From Comamonadaceae bacterium (GTDB lineage Bacteria > Pseudomonadota > Gammaproteobacteria > Burkholderiales > Burkholderiaceae_C), in assembly GCA_947451205.1 (NCBI GenBank), contig CANFZL010000001.1:1-43398 (forward strand): a stretch of DNA of 43,398 nucleotides, written 5' to 3'. The first letter of the stretch is position 1. Every line of letters starts with the position of its first letter. This document shows, piece by piece, positions 39,653 through 43,398 of this stretch. The notes under the pieces are model-generated. The model ran no database searches. It saw only the letters and a list, made by a program, of their open reading frames with translations, and was not told the DNA's origin. The position numbers and the translations under genes were made by a program.

Positions 39653-40387
39653 ATGAATCTCAGCACCCTTGCCGCCGTGGTCAAGAGCCGCTTCCCAAGC
39701 CAATGCGCGGTCTGCCGAAGCTGGCCGAGTGCTCCGGTGTGCCAAGCTTGTGTGACACGTTTCGGCCCGCCAGACAAACGATGCAGCACATGTGCGCTCA
39801 AGTTGCCGACGGATCCGCCGCACACGCAATGCAGTCGATGCCGGCACGAACCTTTCGGACTTGACGCCTGCTTCGCTGCCTTGCCTTATGCCTTTCCGTG
39901 GTCGGAGTTGGTCTCGCGCTTCAAGTTCGACAGCCAAACCGGTTGGGCCCCCTTCATGGTCAACACGCTTTTGGGGCAGCCGACTGTGCGAGATTTTTTG
40001 AGTCAATTGACGCCCGACGACTGGCTTCTGCCGCTGCCACTGTCTACCGAACGCTTGGCCTGGCGCGGTTTCAACCAAGCCTGGGAGTTGACCCGTGCAC
40101 TGAAGCATCAAAGCACTTGCCGCGCCACCGCCGACGCATCACTGCTGCTACGCATTCGCCACACGCGGCCGCAAAGCGAGCTCAAGCGCAGCGCGCGACT
40201 GGACAATTTGAAAGGCGCCTTTGCGGTGGCACCACTGCGCGCGAGCGAACTCCAAGGCAGGCGCGTGGTGCTGGTCGATGATGTGATGACCAGCGGCGCC
40301 TCGTTGCTGACGGCAGCGAGCGTACTGCGTCAGGCTGGGGCAACACATGTCAGTGCATTGGTACTGACTCGCACAGCCCCGACATAA
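39653..40387 (+). CDS. comF: ComF family protein (double zinc ribbon + phosphoribosyltransferase)
   Basis: Four CxxC pairs, RGFNQA, VLVDDVMTSGASL. Confidence 0.92.
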   Translation: MNLSTLAAVVKSRFPSQCAVCRSWPSAPVCQACVTRFGPPDKRCSTCALKLPTDPPHTQCSRCRHEPFGLDACFAALPYAFPWSELVSRFKFDSQTGWAPFMVNTLLGQPTVRDFLSQLTPDDWLLPLPLSTERLAWRGFNQAWELTRALKHQSTCRATADASLLLRIRHTRPQSELKRSARLDNLKGAFAVAPLRASELQGRRVVLVDDVMTSGASLLTAASVLRQAGATHVSALVLTRTAPT

Positions 40388-40395
40388 TGGCGCAC

Positions 40396-40932
40396 ATGTT
40401 TCATATTGTTCTGGTCGCCCCCGAAATTCCGCCCAACACGGGTAACGTCATCCGCCTCGCGGCCAACACAGGCTGCACGCTGCACTTGGTAGAACCGCTG
40501 GGCTTCTCGATGGAGGACAAGCAAATGCGCCGCGCCGGGCTGGACTACCACGAGTACATCCGCGTCATTCGACACGCCAACTGGCAGGCGCTGTTAGACA
40601 GCGAACAACCAAGGTCCGAGCGCATGTTTGCCATGACCACGCGCGGCAGCGGCAGCGTCTATGACACACGCTTTGAAACTGGCGACTGGCTGGTGTTTGG
40701 CTCTGAAACCCAAGGCCTGCAACCCGAATTACGTGACACCTTCGCGCCAACGCAACGTCTGCGCCTGCCGATGCTGGCCGGTCAGCGCAGCTTGAACCTG
40801 TCGAATGCGGTGGCAGTGACGGTGTTTGAAGCTTGGCGACAAAACGGCTTCTCCGCGAGCAACACCAACAGCCCGGAGACGACCGTCTCAATACCGGAAA
40901 AAAATCAAGCCAGCGAGCGCATCACTTCATAG
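40396..40932 (+). CDS. trmL: tRNA (cytidine/uridine(34)-2'-O)-methyltransferase
   Basis: MFHIVLVAPEIPPNTGN, RRAGLDY, FGSET.GL, RSLNLSN; start 40396 or 40387. Confidence 0.95.
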   Translation: MFHIVLVAPEIPPNTGNVIRLAANTGCTLHLVEPLGFSMEDKQMRRAGLDYHEYIRVIRHANWQALLDSEQPRSERMFAMTTRGSGSVYDTRFETGDWLVFGSETQGLQPELRDTFAPTQRLRLPMLAGQRSLNLSNAVAVTVFEAWRQNGFSASNTNSPETTVSIPEKNQASERITS

Positions 40933-42068
40933 AGCTCGCGTTGCCCCTCAAAGCCAGTACCCGGCCGGTCTGACAGCTGGATCATGCCGTCAGTAACACG
41001 CGCATCATCATTGAACCCCGCAAAAATCCCGAACACATCCGGGTAGGCTTCGCATCCGCCCAAGCCAAATCCGGCCACCACGGCCAGCGTCATGAGGTTA
41101 CCGCCGTGCGGAAAAATAGACCCCCGTTGCCAACCTTGTTCATGGAGCATGTCGAGCGTCCGGGAAAACTGAACAATGCCGTAAGACTGCGGAATATCCA
41201 TTTGCAAAATGTCCCGGTCTGGCCGCAAGCGTCCAAAGCGCACAAGATTAGAAATATCTTGGGTCGAGAAAAGATTTTCACCTGTCGCCATTGGCGGCGC
41301 ATAAGTTTCTGTCAGCTCCGCCATCAAGGCAAAGTCCAGTGGATCTGTCGGCTCTTCCAGCCAGCGCAGTGCATAGGGTGCTAGCGCATTTGCATAGATC
41401 ATCGCGCGATTTTTGTCGAAGGTGGCATTGGCATCGACCGCCAGATGCTGGCCGCCGCCAACCAATCGCAAGGCCGCTTCCAGCCGCGCCAAATCATCAG
41501 ACAGACTGGCGCCGCCAACCTTGATTTTCATGGTCGTGTAGCCCTCTGCCAAGCGCGCACGTATTTCATCCTCCAGCTGAGGAATGCCTTTACCGGGTGC
41601 GTACCATCCACCACCGACATAGCAAGCCACTTTCTGGGCCAAATTGCCTTGGCTGAAGCGCTCGGACAGCACCGCGTGCAAGGGCTTGTCCTCGACCTTC
41701 GCAACCGCATCCCACACCGCCATCTCGATCGTGCCGACAGCCACGGAGCGCTCGGTATGACCGCCCGGCTTTTCGCGCTGCATCATGCAGGCGAGAAACT
41801 TCTCAGGTGCAAAGTTAGAGCCACTCGCATCCAACAAAGACTCCGGGTCGGCCTTCATGATGCGCGGTATGAGGCGGTCACGCATCTGCGCACCACAGGC
41901 GTAGCGCCCCGTTGAGTTGAAGGCATAGCCCACCACGGGCTTGCCGCCTCTCATCACATCCGTGACCACCGCGACGACTGACGTGGTCATTTCGCTGAAG
42001 TCGAAGGCCGAATTACGCAGGCTTGAGCGCAGTGGTACAGCGACTTCCCTGATAGCTGTTATTTTCAA
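40905..42068 (-). CDS. Mandelate racemase subgroup enolase, D-tartrate dehydratase (TarD)-like
   Basis: EKPGGH.ERSVAVGTI.MAVWDAVAK, KIK motif, metal ligands DAN/EEP/TGEN, PHGG, E.YPD; collinear with Bradyrhizobium TarD as recalled. TTG start. Confidence 0.88.
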   Translation of the reverse strand: MKITAIREVAVPLRSSLRNSAFDFSEMTTSVVAVVTDVMRGGKPVVGYAFNSTGRYACGAQMRDRLIPRIMKADPESLLDASGSNFAPEKFLACMMQREKPGGHTERSVAVGTIEMAVWDAVAKVEDKPLHAVLSERFSQGNLAQKVACYVGGGWYAPGKGIPQLEDEIRARLAEGYTTMKIKVGGASLSDDLARLEAALRLVGGGQHLAVDANATFDKNRAMIYANALAPYALRWLEEPTDPLDFALMAELTETYAPPMATGENLFSTQDISNLVRFGRLRPDRDILQMDIPQSYGIVQFSRTLDMLHEQGWQRGSIFPHGGNLMTLAVVAGFGLGGCEAYPDVFGIFAGFNDDARVTDGMIQLSDRPGTGFEGQRELYEVMRSLA

Positions 42069-42081
42069 AATATTGCTCGGC

Positions 42082-43059
42082 TCACTCTGCCTTGGCGCCA
42101 GTCATCTTGACAACCTGGCTCCAACGCTTGACCTCGGACGCAATGTAGGCGGCCGTCTCTTGTTGCGTTCCGCCGACCGGGATCAAGCCACCCTTGTCGA
42201 GTTTTTCCTTGAACTCTGGCATGGCCAAAATTTGATTGACCGCATGGTTCATCTTTTCAACGATCGCTGCGGGCGTGCCCGCTGGTGCAAAGATGGTGGT
42301 CCAGGTGTAGTCGTTGATATCGCGATAACCCAGCTCTGCAAAGGTCGGCACATCCGGCAAGCTTGGCAGCCGCTTGTCGCTGGAGATGCCGAGAATTCTC
42401 ACACGACCCTGCTTGTGAAACTGAAGCACACCAAAGGCCGCGGTGCAAGCCACCGGCGTGTCACCGGCGACCACGGCGAGCGACGCAGGGCCAGCGCCTT
42501 TATAGGGGACGTGAACGATGTCTGATTTCCAATTCACACGGAAAATATTTTCACACGTCAAGTGTGGCGTGGTGCCACTGCCAGGGGAAGAAAAAGACAA
42601 TTTTCCGGTCTTCGCCAACTCCTTCAGTTCTGCAAACGTCTTCACCGGAACTTTCTCGTTGACCGAGATGACGTTGGGCTGCGTTGTCACGGTGATGACT
42701 GGGATAAAGTCTTTGATCGGGTCGTAGCCAGCCTTGCCAGCATACATGCTCGGGTTAACCGCGAAGGCTGAAGACGATGCCAAAAAAGTGTAGCCGTCCG
42801 GTTCAGCACGTGCCGCCAGCTGCGTTCCCACGTTGCCTCCAGCCCCGGCTTTGTTGTCGATGAAGACGGTCTGCTTCATCAACTCGCCCAGCTTTTCGGC
42901 AATGATCCGAATGCTGCTGTCGGTCGGTCCGCCCGGCGGGAACGAGATGATCATCTTGATCGGTTTGACTGGGTAATCACCTGAGGCTGCGTAGGCGGTG
43001 ATAGCGCCAAAGCCCGCGGCGAGCAGCAGCAAGGGAATGATTTTTTTCTTGATATGCAT
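42082..43059 (-). CDS. Bug/TctC substrate-binding protein
   Basis: YPVKPIKMIISFPPGGPTD, DNKAGAGG, EPDGYT, HVPYKG, PDVPTFAE.G; strong AAGGAG SD. Confidence 0.95.
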   Translation of the reverse strand: MHIKKKIIPLLLLAAGFGAITAYAASGDYPVKPIKMIISFPPGGPTDSSIRIIAEKLGELMKQTVFIDNKAGAGGNVGTQLAARAEPDGYTFLASSSAFAVNPSMYAGKAGYDPIKDFIPVITVTTQPNVISVNEKVPVKTFAELKELAKTGKLSFSSPGSGTTPHLTCENIFRVNWKSDIVHVPYKGAGPASLAVVAGDTPVACTAAFGVLQFHKQGRVRILGISSDKRLPSLPDVPTFAELGYRDINDYTWTTIFAPAGTPAAIVEKMNHAVNQILAMPEFKEKLDKGGLIPVGGTQQETAAYIASEVKRWSQVVKMTGAKAE

Positions 43060-43179
43060 GTCGTCTCCTTTAAGTTATGAACACAACAAGTCGTCACCGA
43101 CCTGCTCTCGTCTCTCTTTTTTCTGTTGCCCGCTGCTTATTTAAAGGCCCCTTTTAGGCCAAGTACCTAGGGGGATACG

Positions 43180-43398
43180 TCAAATACTTCGTCCACCATC
43201 GATCACGAAACGGGCCCCTGTGGCAAAGCGCAAAGTGGTAGCGCAAGCCTCAATCGCAGACGCGATGTCTTCAATTTGACCCACACGACCCAATGGAATC
43301 GTGGCGGCAGTTTTTGCATTGAAGTCAGAACCCCGACCCGGCACAAAGCTCGAATCAACCACGCCCGGTGACACGGCCAAAACCCGAACTTGAGGGGC
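43180..43398 (-). CDS. SDR family oxidoreductase (C-terminal part; begins beyond window)
   Basis: APQVRVLAVSPGVVDS...IPLGRVG..EDIA...TG..FVIDGG, a classical SDR C-terminus. Confidence 0.88.
   Translation of the reverse strand, partial: APQVRVLAVSPGVVDSSFVPGRGSDFNAKTAATIPLGRVGQIEDIASAIEACATTLRFATGARFVIDGGRSI

Overview
A 43.4 kb chromosomal window from a GC-rich betaproteobacterium. Gene order and protein sequences fit Burkholderiales/Comamonadaceae (Rhodoferax/Polaromonas-like); this is inferred, not searched. Most of it is conserved housekeeping: hrcA-nadK-recN-rapZ; mutY-mutM; TPR-lolB-ispE-tRNA-Gln-prs-rplY-pth; yfhL-coaD-rsmD, an M16 peptidase pair and ftsY; rpoH with a perfect CIRCE; a complete aa3-type cytochrome c oxidase and assembly cluster; a bioC-like gene, comF and trmL. 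Three accessory patches interrupt this backbone. (1) 5.9-8.7 kb: an Fsr-type MFS transporter, stacked gene remnants (alkaline-phosphatase superfamily and molybdopterin oxidoreductase) and a TauE/SafE gene. (2) 22.5-27.7 kb: GntR, Bug/TctC, MmgE/PrpD and a D-2-hydroxyacid dehydrogenase, followed by a DksA/TraR paralog with an FNR-type promoter. (3) 40.9-43.4 kb: SDR, Bug/TctC and a divergent D-tartrate-dehydratase-like enolase. I found no CRISPR array, transposase, integrase, phage or defence gene. I cannot claim a proven new system. The best leads are the two uncharacterised organic-acid catabolic modules, the FNR/CIRCE divergent region linking a non-canonical DksA paralog with rpoH, a putative sigma32-driven TPR/membrane protein plus lipoprotein pair, and a recurring leaderless-promoter architecture.
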